A stretch of DNA of 64,000 nt from Zootoca vivipara (lineage: Eukaryota), in assembly GCF_963506605.1 (NCBI RefSeq), contig NC_083281.1, positions 1,736,001 through 1,800,000 of the forward strand, in the 5' to 3' direction. Shown in pieces: positions 23,457 to 36,525 of this stretch. A program made the translations under genes and the position numbers. The notes under the pieces were generated by a model. The model was not told where the DNA came from, made no database searches, and saw only the letters and a list, made by a program, of their open reading frames with translations. The first letter of the stretch is position 1; the number at the start of each line of letters is the position of its first letter.

Positions 23457-26400
23457 CGCCTCCCACCTCCCCAAAACTCCATGTCATCCGGTTCGCTCCA
23501 AACCAGAGCCGGGCTTTGGCAAATGTTTTGCAGCGCCCCGAAAACGGAGCCATAGACCCTCAAACCCGTTGGGGGTTTTAGGGGGGGTGACCCCCAGGTT
23601 TGAGGGTCTTAGCTATGGCTCTGTTTTTTGGGGGTGCCGCAAAGCGCGGGGTGTTTCTTTGCCATGGAAAAAAGGACCGCAAAACTTTGGCACCGGTTTC
23701 GAGGGGGATCCCGGATTTTGGGGTTCGTAGTTAACGAAGCTGCTTGGGAGAGGGAGACTGCAACGTTTGTGGGTGAGAAATCATCCCTTTTTTAAGTCCG
23801 CACACCCCCAAAATAGGATTGCATTGCGTTGTTCGACTCAGCTGGCCAGGCCGCTTGATTTTCAATTCAATCCTTTGATTTTTCAATGCAGCCCATGATT
23901 TAGTCAGCCAGCAATTTCTAAAAAATTGTATATTTTTAATAGGTCTCTCTTTCTTTGAAAATGAAAACTGGGATTTCTGAAGGATGTTTTCTTTCTTACT
24001 CAAAAGGGAATGCTTCTCCTCCCCCTGAGATGCAGAAGGGTTCAAATTTGCTTTTCTTTCTTTTATACCTTCGGATTTGACACTTGATTCGAATTTGGCA
24101 CAGAAGCTGTGAGCGGGCGTTGTGCCAATCCAAGAAAACGCTTCGATGTTTTCTCATCCAGGGCCAGGACTATAAAAACCCAAACTTTTTAAAGTTTTTT
24201 GTAGGGTGAAATTTTTGTGGGCTCTTCAGGGCCAGAGATCGATGGTGTTCCTTTCAGGTTGTGCCCAGTTTTACGTCCTACTCGAAGTAGACCTGTTGAA
24301 ATTGATGGGCAATGACCCCCTTGAGTGCATTTATTTCAGCGCTCAATTAATTTCGTCTGCCCCGAGAAAAAGATAGGATGCCTCCACACTAGACATTTAA
24401 AGTGCTGTGGCACCACTTTAGAGAGTCCTTGCTTCTCCCCTAAAGAACCCTGGAAATTATAGTTTGTTCAGGGCGCTGAGAATTGTTAGGAGACCCCCCC
24501 CCAATTCCCCACCCCCAGTGCTACAGTTTCCAGAATGGTTTAACAACCCATTCCTCTTCACGGGGAGCGCCGCTGGAAATTACAGCAGTGTGGCGGAGAG
24601 GAATACATCTCGGCGCCCTTATCAAACTACAACTCCCAGGATTTTTTTTGGGGGGGGGGTTACCCATGACAGTTTAAAGTAATATCATAAATGGCTCAGT
24701 GCGAATGGGATACAACTCCTTTTCCCCCCTGCAAACGAAAGCATCGCATCTCAAATAACTTTGGAGAATTTGAAAAGGGGTGATTTCGTCGACCCAATTT
24801 GATGCAGTCGTTTTTTTATTTTGCGTTTTTGCAATGCAAACTTGGGGGTGGGGGGGGGAAAGGTTTCCTCTCTCCCGCAAGCTTTTTGGGGAAAAGGTTT
24901 CCTCTCTCCCGCAAGCTTTCTCGAAATATCCACAATGCCTCTCGAATCGGCAGCCGTTTGACCTGGAGACATTTATCTATTTATATATCCCTGGTTTCTA
25001 AAAAAATAAATGTTATAGAGCTGGCGTCGTCGTTAGCCTGGCTTTGCCAAAAGAGGTCAAAAGGAGACTCTAACTGATTTTAAAGCGGCAGAATTTGGGT
25101 TTCCCCACAAGCGCCTTGAATTCTCAATAAATCCTTGGGGCGGAGGGGGGTGCGTGAGACCATTTTTCAAGGGGCTGCGTTGCTGCAGTTCAGGAGAGGA
25201 TCGGGTCCGCCTCGCGGGGGGGGGGGTCGTGCCAGGAAACAGCCGCCCATCTGTTCTGGCATCTGGGCTCAGGTAGACTGCTCCTGGGATGGGAGGTTCT
25301 CTCTCTTAGCTACAATGGGCTTTGTTTGTTTCTGTCTCAACACTCTTTTATTATGGGGGGGGGAAACAACACCTCTTGGAAACTGGGTGCCCTCCTGCAA
25401 CACCTACAGGAGGAAAAAACTGTTCTAACTGGCCTTAACGGTGCTTTGATTTGTAACCCGAATTTCTCTGAATTTGGGGGTCGGATCGCATCGTGTCTGT
25501 AGCAACCCCCCCCCAAAAAAACAACAGCAGCCGTCCGTTCTCAGCCGAACTGCCTCATTTTCTAAATGTATGAATGACAATTGCAGATTTCCCCTTTTTT
25601 TGCCCACCCCCCCAAGTTGCCAGAAGCCAGCCTGTGTTTTGTAAAATGTAATATAGTGTATTTTTAAAGATAATAGGTGTGTATCTGTAAGTTTTATGGC
25701 CAATTGATTAGGATTTTATTTTCGGTTTCCCCCAAATTGCTATGTACTGATGAAATGACCCTGGCAAAAAAATTATTATTATTATTATCCCTCCTTCTTC
25801 GCCGCTGGTTCATTCGTTTGTTTGGTTTTCCCAGTTTGCTCTGTCGTGCCATAAAGTGCAATGAAAAGTGAGTTTTTTAAAATGTTAAATTATATTAAAT
25901 TAAAACATGCATCGCCGTCTGTTCCAAAGAAGTCTACGCAAGTTTTTAAAAAACCTCAAAAATGAATTTAGCCGACCCCGCTCCTCGGGAATGGATTCCT
26001 TTCCCTCCGTAGGGCAGGGAAGAGAAATCTGTGGTCTTTCAATTGTTAGAATCGTAGAATTGTAGAGCTGGAAGGGACCCAAGGGTCACAATTAGTTGAA
26101 TAAATTAATAAAATAAGAAAATCAGGCAGGGGTGCGACAGGGAACCTCCTCGCAGGATCTCAGCCCTGAGGCATCTTTGTCAAAGGCTCTTTGCATCGGA
26201 TGCGATTGGATCCTTTAAAAAAAGGTGAACCTGGAGGAGGCTTCCTGCTGTACCTCTGTCTGATATACCGGTCTGCCCTTCACATGCTAGTTTGAATTCC
26301 TGTCTGTACAAGGGATGGATTTCTTGACCTTGGGAGCCTGGTGATCAATAAAGATGAGAGCCAATATTCCTGCATTGCATGGGGTTGGCCTAGATGACCC

Positions 26401-26550
26401 TTGGGGATCCCTTCCAACTCTAGAATTCATCAGGAATCATCTGCTGAAGAGGAATATCATCGGGAAATAGAGGGTCTTTTTCCCCGGCTACTGATCACAT
26501 ATGGATTTTTATTTTGATTGTTGCATGCTCAGAGAACTATACCAAAGTTG

Positions 26551-26610
<60 letters not shown>

Positions 26611-27524
26611 GTTTTATGATTATCCGGGGTGTCAGTTTCCCTTTGCAACTGTTCTTCTTATTGAGAGTTGTGGCATTTATGGTGATTTTCAGACTTTTTC
26701 AAGGAAGATGCCGAATTTCTGGTTTTTTAAAAGGATCTCTTCTTCCGCTTGTATTGCCACGATGGTGTCAAAACAGTGGGATTTTGTGGGGGGGGGCAGC
26801 CAAATTCCTGGGGTTAACTTGGCCCTAAGTCAGAGGAAATACTTTCCCCTGAAATATACTTAGGCTGGGTTCCCCCCCCCCCATGTTTGCAAGCTCCCCC
26901 TACGAGGGGAAAACTCCCTGCCTGCAGAAATCTAATCTGCCAAGGAAACTTCTGCCCAACCTTTCTAACTTTCCATGTGCAAGAAGAATTGGAGGGGGGG
27001 CATTTGAACATGAAACACACACCCCCCAAATTACACACTTTCCTTGCACTGCAACGGTGCAGAGACCTTCCTTCTGCCAAACATACAAACCAACTTTGCA
27101 TTTTCCAGAAGAACAAAATGTTGCTCCGTGTAAGATGTTTTCATGTAAATAATAATAAAAAATGATGCTTTTAAGAGTATTGCCTTTCTTAAATGCAGAA
27201 AGGGGACTCGTTGGGAAGGTGGGGGGGAGAGGCTTGCTTGCATTTCCAAGCCGCAGGCAGAAATCCAACAGGTGAGGCGGCGTCCTGTAATAAGGGGCAG
27301 CGGTGGATTTGCAGGAGCCTGGGAATCCTGAGAGTTGGTGAGTCAGGCAGCCAGAAAAGGTGGATATAGCTTTCCTCACGAGGAGGGGGAGAAATCAAAC
27401 TTCCTTAGCGCCCCTCCAGAAGTTGGGAACAAAGGCATGCGGCCCTTGGGCTGCGAAGGACCCCCTCCCCAACCCCACTCAGCAATCAACGATGCCTCCA
27501 ATTTGCAGATGACACCAAACTTGG

Positions 27525-28340
27525 GGTGGGGGTGAATGCCGCAGAAGGCAGAAATGGGATTTAAGATGACCTTAACGGATCGGGGAACTGGGCCAGAGCT
27601 AAAAATATGAATTTCCATAGGGACAAAGGCCAGGTTCTGCACTTAGACAGGAAGAACCAGATGCACAAATATAGGATGGGGGACACCGGGCTTATTAGCA
27701 GTGCATGTGAAAAGGATCTGGGGGTCTCGGTGGACCGCAAACTTGACGTGGGCCAGCTGTGTGATGCAGCAGCAAAAAAGCTAACACTATTCTAGGCTGC
27801 ATCCACAGAAGTCCAGATCAAGGGAACTCGGAAGAGTCCCGCTCTATTCTGCCTCTGGTCGGACCACACCTGGAGTCCTGTGTCCATTTCTGGGCACCAC
27901 AATTTAAGGATATTGACAAGCTGGAAGGTGTGCAGGGGAGGGCAACCGAGATGATCAAGGGACTGGAAACTGAGCCTGATTAGGAACGGTCGAAGGAGCT
28001 GGGGATGTTTAGCCTGGGAAAGAGGAGACTTAAAGGAGATAGGAGAGCCGTCTTCCAATATATGAAGGGCTGCCACATGGAAGAGGGAGCAAGCTTGTTT
28101 TTCTCCTGCTCCGGAGGGCAGGACTCGAACCCATGGCTCCGAGTGACAAAGACGGAGATTCCAACTCAACATCAGGATGAACTTTCCAACAGTAAGTGTC
28201 GTTTGACCGTGGGACGGAAGGTGGCAGACTCTCCTTCCGTGAAGGTTCCTAAGCAGAGGTTCGATGACCCTCTGTTGGAGATGCTGTAGCCGAGATTCCT
28301 GCATTGCAGGGGGGTTGGACTAAATGAGCCCTGGGGGTTC
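27525..28340 (+). mobile_element. Older, frameshifted CR1 LINE fragment (duplicate at about 61625-62440)
   Basis: Degenerate ORF2 peptides (CEKDLGV.VD.KL; FSLGKRRLKGD). Confidence 0.85.
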
Positions 28341-28737
28341 CTTCCAACTCTGCAATTCTGTTTCCGGCGATTGAACACGGCAACACACATGTTTTTTCTG
28401 CGCCAGCTGAAGAAGCAGCCAGACCGGCACAGGAGCATATAATAAAGAGCATATTCCAAATACCCATTATATTCCTCGCTGTGTACAATCTGTTCCTCTC
28501 GCCGCTTTGCAGGTGCAAATAAATTGGAAGGAGCCGGCAAGAGGGCGGAGGGGTGATGCCACCCGCTCTTTTCCTCCTTTTCACGTGCTCATTTTAAGTT
28601 AGAGCTTAATAATTATTTCGCTATGAATATACTTATTCTGAATTGTATTTCGTTTCAACAATGACTTTGATAAAATACATTCTTTGTTATGGGCAAATGG
28701 ATTGAGATACCTGTTAGGTCCATCAATTACTATAGAG

Positions 28738-29095
28738 TCAGACAGTTGTTTATTTCCTTGACATCCAATGGGAGGGCGTTCCTCAGGGCTGGTGCCACCA
28801 CCGAGAAAGCCCTCTGCCTGGTTCCCTGTAACCTCATTTCTTGTAGGGAGGGAACTGCCAGAAGGCCCTCAGAGCTGGACCTCAGTGTCCGGGCAGAACG
28901 ATGGGAGTGGAGACGCTCCTTCAGGTCTACTGGCCCGTTTAGGGCTTTCAAGGTCAGCACCAACACTTTGAATGGTGCTCGGAAACATCCTGGGAGCCGA
29001 TGTAGGTCTCAGCCGCCGTTCCCAGTCCCATCTAGCTTCTGCATTCTGGATTAGTTGTAGTTTTAGAGTCGCCTTCAAAGGCAGTCCCACGGATA
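28738..29095 (-). mobile_element. L2 LINE fragment (duplicate at about 62837-63194)
   Basis: GLPLKATLKLQLIQNA...; RTLRSSSEGLL...AFSVVAP..NALP. Confidence 0.8.
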
Positions 29096-30019
29096 GCGCA
29101 TATGATAAAAGGTACCTTCTCTTCCTTTAACTTTTCCATCTCTTCTTCCTCTTCTTGTTTTTCCATTTGCTGGATTCCCCAATGCAAAAGTGTGTGCGAG
29201 AAAGACATTAGAACGGGCCAGCAGACTTTTTCCTCAGGGGGCCGGTCCACTGTCCCTCAGACCTTGTGGGGGGCCAGACTATATTTTGAGGGAGGAAATG
29301 AGCGAATTCCTATAGCCCACAAATAACCCAGAGATGCATTTCAAATAAAAGGACATATTCTACTCATGTAAAAACACGCTGATTCCTGAACCGTCTGAGG
29401 GCCGGATTAAGAAGGTGATTGGGCCGAATCCGGCCCTCGGGCCTTAGTTTGCCTAACCATGCTTTAGAAGTTGCTCAGGCCCTTAGCCAAAGACCACCCG
29501 AGAAGCACTGGAAAGAGGCAATCTGCAACAGAAATTTGAGAGAATCTCAGCTAAAGCACCCCTTGCAACCTCTGCTTTAAAGGGAAGGAGAGGCCATCTT
29601 CTTTGTGCAAACATGGAGATTTAAAGGTCGGGGAGGGGGGGATGGAAAACAGAGATATGAACTTAAATTGGCACCTTCTCTGGCAGCGGAGAAATAAATT
29701 ATCGGGTGTTTTCGTTTCCTCGGAACAAAGACCTTCGCGCGATGACGCTCCAATTTCCAACCACTTTGGGAGCGAGCGAGAGAGTCAATTTTGGCTGTGT
29801 TCTGCCACTTAGTGCTCTATGTAAGTGCTGATCTCGCATGCCCTCTCTTCCATTTGGGTCAGTGTGCACTTGAGACAAAAGCTGAAGCGTTTTCAAGCAC
29901 CTGGAAGGAGCAAACACTTCATGGTGTTTAGGCAGAAAGCTGATTTGGCTGGCAATGATTCAGTGCTTCGTGAAGCTTCTTCTTGGCGACTGCTTGTAGC
30001 CGAGAAAAATTGACTTCCA

Positions 30020-30740
30020 TCAACACGGTCTTAGCAGTGAGTCCGTAAGTGACTGTGGAGGCCAATTCTGCATCCACACGTCCTTCCACAGTGGGGACAT
30101 TGGTTTCCAGGCGGGTTTTGCCAAGTGTGCCTTCCTCTTAGCGCATTTCTCCCTCGCGTCCTGAGTTCGAGTGTCTTCAATGCCCAGGAAACCTTTGGTA
30201 AAGGCTGTTCTCCAACTGGAGCGCTCACAAGTGTTTCCCAATTGTTGGTGTTTATACTACATTTTTAAAGACTTGCCTTGAGAGAGTCTTTGAACCTCTT
30301 TTGTTGACCACCGGCATTACGCTTTCCATTCTTAATTTCGGAATAGAGTAGTCGCTTTGGAAAACGATCATCAGGCATCCGCACAACATGACCAGTCCAA
30401 CAAAGTTGATGTTGAAGAATTGCTTTGACACTGGAGATCTTTGCTTCTTCCAGTACCCTGGCATTAGTTCGCCTGTCTTCTCAAGTGATGTGTAAAAAAA
30501 AAATCGGAGACACCGTTGATGGAATCTTTCGAGGAGTTGGAGATGGCGTTTATAAGTGGTCCATGTTTCACAAGCGTACAGTAAGGTTGGTAGTACAATA
30601 GCCTTGTAAAAAAGCATCTTGGTTTCCCTGTGAATATCCCTGTCCTCAAACACTCTGCACTTCAATCGGGAGAAAGCCGCACTCGCAGAGCTCAGGCAAT
30701 GCTGGATTTCAGCATCAATGTTGGCCCTTGTGGAAAGAAT
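30020..30740 (-). mobile_element. RTE-clade LINE 3' fragment
   Basis: IDAEIQH.LS.ASAAFSRL...YKAIVLPTLLYACETWT and a terminal C2H2-like CPHCGR...GLHSHLRTH; frameshifted. Confidence 0.8.
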
Positions 30741-30954
30741 ATTTCGTGAATATTTCCCACTGTAAACAGACAAGTCCAAGAAATGAGACGGAAAGGGGGA
30801 AAAGAGTATTGGGAAATGATCCATAATGGCTTGAGATACCTATGAGGTCCATAAATTCCCATAGAGCATATATTCAACACAAAAAACAGTGACCATTTGT
30901 CGTTGACAAAGGACAGCTGGACATAGAAAGGGCCCCATTACCTTCAGTAGCTTA

Positions 30955-31277
30955 AAGGTAAAGGTCAAGGGACCCCTGACCATTAGGTCCAGTCGTGACC
31001 GACTCTGGGTTTGCGGCGCTCATCTCGCGTTATTGGCCGAGGCGTACAGCTTCTGGGTCATGTGACCAGCATGACAAAGCCACTTCTGGCGAACCAGAGC
31101 AGTGCACGGAAACGCCGTTTATTTTCCCACCAGAGCGGTACCTATTTATCTACTTGTACTGCATGCTTTCAAACTGCTAGGTTAGCAGGAGCAGGGACCG
31201 AGCAATGGGATCTCACCCCGTTGCAGGGATTAAACCGCTGACCTTCTGATCGGCAAGCCCTAGGCTCTGCGGTTTAA
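30955..31277 (-). mobile_element. Sauria SINE with 22-bp TSD, nested in a hAT-like MITE
   Basis: (ACCTTT)n tail and tRNA-derived head; CCCCATTACCTTCAGTAGCTTA at 30933-30954 and 31278-31299. Confidence 0.85.
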
Positions 31278-31841
31278 CCCCATTACCTTCAGTAGCTTAG
31301 GGCTCGATTACCTTCAGTAGCTTAGGGCCTCATCAAACCTAAATCTGGCCCTGGGCATAACTCTGATTTTAAACGCATTGTGCAGATGAAGTTGTCAGCT
31401 ACAGCAGCTTCCTTTGCATTCAGCTGTGCATATCAAGGAAGGCCTTTCGGAATCACATCCATGCTAAATATTAGGAGCTGCTTGAAACTAAACAAATGGT
31501 TTAAATCCTTTTCTGTTTGAGTCCTCGGGGTTTACCCCTGTCTTGGGCCAACGCCGTTTCTTTCTGCGTTTTTCGCAAATTTGCTTTCTGCTTCTATGGC
31601 AGTGAACTTGAATGAACCTTGACGGTCGCAGATAGAGCTTTGAATCGAAAGGCCAAAAGGGTTTTGCCCGTTTACGTCGAAAACAGAGGATGTGCGGGGC
31701 TTAATTTTCGCAAGCTGCTGCCAACCTGCTTGCTTTTGAACTTGGGTGAAAAGTTATTAATCGGCACATGGAATTTCTTCCTGAACCTGGTGTACTTTGT
31801 CTGCAAACTGGAATGAGGAGCAAAATGAGCTGCTTGTGCCG

Positions 31842-31883
<42 letters not shown>

Positions 31884-32708
31884 TGGAACAATAATTTCAT
31901 GCCTTCCATGGCTGCTGAATTAGCCCACTAATCGAGTCCTCTCCAAAGGGGGTTGCTTGGTAGCAAGATCTCCCCCTCCCCAGGTGGAGAGAGAGAGAGG
32001 AAAAAAACAGAGATCAGCCAATCACCTGCTTGAGGAGAAATCCTGCTCTTGCAAAGCGCAGGAGGGGAGCAATCGCTCCAGCAGCCCTCCCTCCGCCTGG
32101 CTTTCTCCAACTCGCAGCACTCCTGGGTCCTTTCAGAGCTGGGCGGTGGTCCCAGGTGGCTGGATGGTTGGGCCGGCAATCCATTCAGACACCATTCACA
32201 CAATTCCTGTGTCCCAAGATTGTCCCTGGATCGGAATGCGAGCCTTCTACTCCAAAAGGAGCGTGCCCGTTTGACGGCATGCGTTGCTGAAGGGTGCCAC
32301 CTTTGTGCCTGGGAACTGGTCCCTGGTGTGTTGCCGGTCCTCGTTGAGGTTCAGGAGAGCATCCTTCATTCTGCAAGGAACTTGAGAAGCAGAGGGTGCG
32401 GCAAAGGTGTGCAAGAAGGACTCCGGAGGAGGAAAGATGCAGGTCTCTTTCTGAAACTTAAGGGGAGGAGAGAGTCATAACTGCCACGGGATTCACTCTT
32501 AAGATGACCCCAAGCCAGGACAAGACCGCCAACATGTCCCTCAGCCCCTGAGTCCGCCAGAGTTTCCTAGATTCCCATTTGAGGAGCGGCACAACATCTC
32601 TCTTGCTTGGTGAGCTCTCCGAGGTGCTGAAAACTTGCCACCAGACGCCTCAAGCCCCAATTCGGTGCTCCTGGCCGGCAGAGGCTGCTCTCGACGCAAA
32701 GCGGAGCC

Positions 32709-32955
32709 ATGCTAGTGGGCTCCTCCGCCTCCGACCTCAACGATTCCTTCCTGTTCCCGAACAGCTCGGCCTGCACCGCAGGGCTGTGGTGCGCCAATGT
32801 CTCGGAGCCCCAGAGCCCACCACGCTTGGTGGATGCATGGCTGGTGCCCCTCTTCTTCGCCGTGCTGATGTTGGTGGGTGTGGCGGGCAACTCCCTCGTG
32901 ATCTACGTCATCGCCAAGCACAAGCAGATGAGGACGGTGACCAATTTCTACATTG
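32709..32955 (+). CDS. KISS1R: Kisspeptin receptor exon 1 (N-terminus with NxS sequons, TM1, ICL1)
   Basis: GCCATGC start; [14 protein letters not shown]...GNSLVIYVI...MRTVTNFYI; GTGAGT donor. Confidence 0.95.
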
Positions 32956-33997
32956 GTGAGTTTGGTGAGAATAACGGGGTGCAACTGGGTGGGTGGGACA
33001 GAGGGTCAAAGCTTCTATGGCTACTAGCTGGTGCCTGTTCTGTTTGCTGCTAGCCAGGACTGCTCTGCTCTGCACACACAGTCAGGAGCTGTAACCCTTC
33101 TGAATGCCCTGGGTTCAAATCCTGCTTGCTAAAGGCATCTGGTCGGTCACTGGGAGAAAAGGGTGCTGGCCCAGATGGGCGAAGCAATTCTTACGCTCTT
33201 TTGTGATGTTCTTATAGGAGAGGAAGCACATTGGTTTTTTTGGCCTGTCCAGAATCTTCCAGCTTCATGAGATGCCCACGAATCCTGGTGCTATTAGAAA
33301 GGGAGAAAAACTTATATAACATTTTTATTTATCATTTTCAAACAAAAACAAAGCATACATCAAGCACTGACTCCCACGCCCCTTCCATGGTTCATTTCAA
33401 TTTTCCCTTTACTGCCGCATATTCTAATTATTCCTTATTCTTTCTCTTCCCATTTTCCCTCCGTTGATCATTTTGCCGCTAAATTTATTCTCGTCCTGCT
33501 AACATTTCAAGTTGCTGACAATAATTTTTTCAAATGTTCCACTGTTCCCCCCTCCCCCAGTCTTCTTTAAAGACTCTTCCTGCTCTCTTTGATAATTCAG
33601 ACGCATTAGGTTTTTTTTAAAATCAACCTTTTGAAAGCGTTATAAACATGCAACACCAGAGGGCGCAGGAGAGTAAAAAAAATTCTATGCAGTTTTTCCA
33701 TAGCGGTTTTTTCTTTTGTTATAACAATTTGATTTCTGACTTATTTATATCGTTTCCCCTCACCCCACCCCCTGTGTGTAGATCCACCCCTTTATTCTAC
33801 CAGTTAAGCCAGCCATTTCTGAAAGGGAGAAAAACTTCCCTCTAGTCACTTTTTACATAATTTCATGTATGCCCCTTACTTGCTTTTCCTTGCAATGAAA
33901 AACCGCCAGGTTTTCCTAAGAGAGAAGTTGCTCCGTTCAATTGACCTTTTTCTCTTCTTCTAAACTTTTTTCCAAATTGTGCCCTTTGTCCAAACAG

Positions 33998-34122
33998 CGA
34001 ACCTGGCCGTCACGGATATCATTTTCCTGGTCTGCTGTGTACCGTTCACGGCTGTCCTTTATCCTCTTCCGGGCTGGATATTTGGGGAGTTTATGTGCAA
34101 ATTTGTCAATTACATCCAACAG
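33998..34122 (+). CDS. KISS1R: KISS1R exon 2 ([19 protein letters not shown]...CKFVNYIQQ)
   Basis: 125 nt, AG/GT boundaries, TM2 to TM3. Confidence 0.96.
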
Positions 34123-34568
34123 GTGAGTTTGTGGCTGCTTGCGGGGGAATCTGCCCCCCCCAAAAAAACTTTAAACCATGGGTAGGCAAACTAAGACCCA
34201 GGGACTGGATCCGGCCCAATTGCCTTCTCAATCCGGCCCACGGACGGTCCGGGAATCAGTGTGTTTTTACATGAGTAGAATGTGTGCTTTTATTTGCGGT
34301 GAGTATTTCCCTCTTTACACCTTTTCCATTTGAAGTCTCTCCCCTCATGACATGCTGCAAGTGTCTTGAGGGCGGGGATGCCTTCGCCACTTACCTTCAC
34401 AACAACCCTGTAAGGTAGGGCTGCTGCTAAATATAGGGCGGCACAGAGTTGGTGTGCCGCCGGATTTTTTTTCATAGAACAAGTGTGCCGTGGCTCAAAA
34501 AAGGTTGAGAAACACTGTCCTAACAGGTACATCAAATAAAATCTAATTACAGCAACAGTTTTTTGTAT

Positions 34569-34810
34569 TAGTTACAGGTAGGTAACCATGTTGGTCTGCC
34601 ATAGAAGAAACAAAATAAAACAATTCCTTCCAGCAGCACCTTGGAGACCAACTAAGTTTGTCATTGGTATGAGCTTTCGTCTGCATGCACACTTCTTCAG
34701 ATACCGTCAGATAGTCTTCAGGGTATCCGAAGAAGTGTGCATGCACACGAAAGCTCATACCAATGACAAACTTTGGTCTCTAAGGTGCCACTGGAAGGAA
34801 TTTTTAAAAT
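34569..34810. mobile_element. Penelope-like element fragment with inverted pseudo-LTR (KISS1R intron 2)
   Basis: Long imperfect palindrome sharing sequence with the 38255 and 39425 insertions. Confidence 0.7.
34666..34761. ncRNA. Two divergently oriented hammerhead motifs (34666-34705 minus; 34722-34761 plus with a U4C core change)
   Basis: GGTATCTGAAGAAGTGTGCATGCAGACGAAAGCTCATACC on minus; GGTATCCGAAGAAGTGTGCATGCACACGAAAGCTCATACC on plus. Confidence 0.6.
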
Positions 34811-35050
34811 GGTGTTTTGTGTTGGGTAGGCTCCTAGGATGTACGTCCGTTTGACTTCCGAAATGTTTGGAAACCGAGGCGCGGCTTCTGATTGGCGTAA
34901 GCGCCCCGGAAACAATAGCCGACAGCCGCGTCAGACGTCTGGCTTCCGGAAAACGTGCAGAAACCGGAACAGCCACTTCCGTGGTTTCAGCGTTTGGGAA
35001 CCAAGGTACCACTGTAATAAACACCCCACCCTGTCTTTTTGGCTTCGCAG

Positions 35051-35186
35051 GTCTCTGTGCAAGCCACGTGCATCACCCTGACCGCCATGAGTGTGGACCG
35101 TTGGTACGTGACTGTCTTTCCCCTTCGGGCCCTGCGGCAGCGCACCCCCTTCGTGGCGGCCACCGTCAGTGTCAGCATCTGGGCTG
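35051..35186 (+). CDS. KISS1R: KISS1R exon 3 ([22 protein letters not shown]...SIWA)
   Basis: 136 nt; DRW motif typical of mammalian-type KISS1R. Confidence 0.96.
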
Positions 35187-35865
35187 GTGAGTGGGGGGGG
35201 AATAGCATGGAGGACCCCTCGGTTACCACAAAAGGGGGATTCCTGCCCATTCACCTCGGCCCGAACCTCGGCCAGTGCCCTCGGCCCCTCGCGACCCATC
35301 TCCAGGGATACAGCAGGCTTACGAAAGGGTACCAGTCTATTGTGAATGCTTGAGCTGAGATTCCTGCCTTACAGGGGGTTGGGCTGGGTGACCCTTGGGT
35401 GGGCGGGTGGGGTCTGGGAGGGATTAATCCACTTGGCATTCCTTTCTATGGGAAAGCGCACCTTGGTTTCGGAACGCTTTGGTTTTGGAACGGACTTCCG
35501 GAACGGATTATGTTTGAGGACCAAGGCAGACTTTTGAAAACAACCTCTAAAACTGCAATTTAACATGAATTTTGCCATCTAACGAGACCATTGATCCATA
35601 AAATGAAAGCAATAAACAATGTACCACAGCCACACTCACAAGCAATCCATCAGTAGCTGAACTGGGTTCCACACAGTCACAAAAACAAATAAATAGCAAA
35701 AACACGACAGAACTCAAAACGGAGCACGTTTGGCTTCCGGAAAAAGTTCACAAACCGGAACACTTCCTTCCGGGTTTGCAGTGTTTGGTTTCCAAGTTGT
35801 TTGAGTACCAAGGTGTTTGAGAACCAAGGCACCACTGTATACAATCTATCTTCCATATAGATTGC

Positions 35866-36525
35866 CTTATTTTCATCGGAGAAATGTTGGAGGGGATGGA
35901 ATAGGACGTCCCTATTTTCACCGGAGAAATGTTGGAGGGGATGGAATAGGAAGTCCCTATTTTCATCGGAGAAATGTTGGAGGGGATGGAATAGGACGTC
36001 CCTATTTTCACCGGAGAAATGTTGGAGGGGATGGAATAGGAAGTCCCTATTTTCATTGGAGAAATGTTGGAGGCGATGGAATAGGACGTCCCTATTTTCA
36101 CGGGAGAAACGTTGGAGGGGATGGAATAGGACGTCCCTATTTTCACGGGAGAAATGTTGGAGGGGATGGAATACGATGTCCCTCTATTCATGGGAGAAAC
36201 GTTGGAGGGGATGGAATAGGACGTCCCTATTTTCACCAGAGAAACGTTGGAGGGGATGGAATAGGACGTCCCTATTTTCAGGGGAGAAACGTTGGAGGGG
36301 ATGGAATAGGACGTCCCTATTTTCACTGGAGAAATGTTGGAGGGGATGGAATAGGACGTCCCTATTTTCAGGGGAGAAACGTTGGAGGGGATGGAATAGG
36401 ACGTCCCTATTTTCACCAGAGAAACGTTGGAGGGGATGGAATAGGACGTCCCTATTTTCACTGGAGAAACGTTGGAGGGGATGGAATAGGACGTCCCTGT
36501 TTTCACGGGCGAAATGTTGGAGGGG
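35866..36525. repeat. 45-bp minisatellite, about 14-15 units (KISS1R intron 3)
   Basis: Unit GGGAGAAAYGTTGGAGGGGATGGAATAGGACGTCCCTATTTTCAC. Confidence 0.97.
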
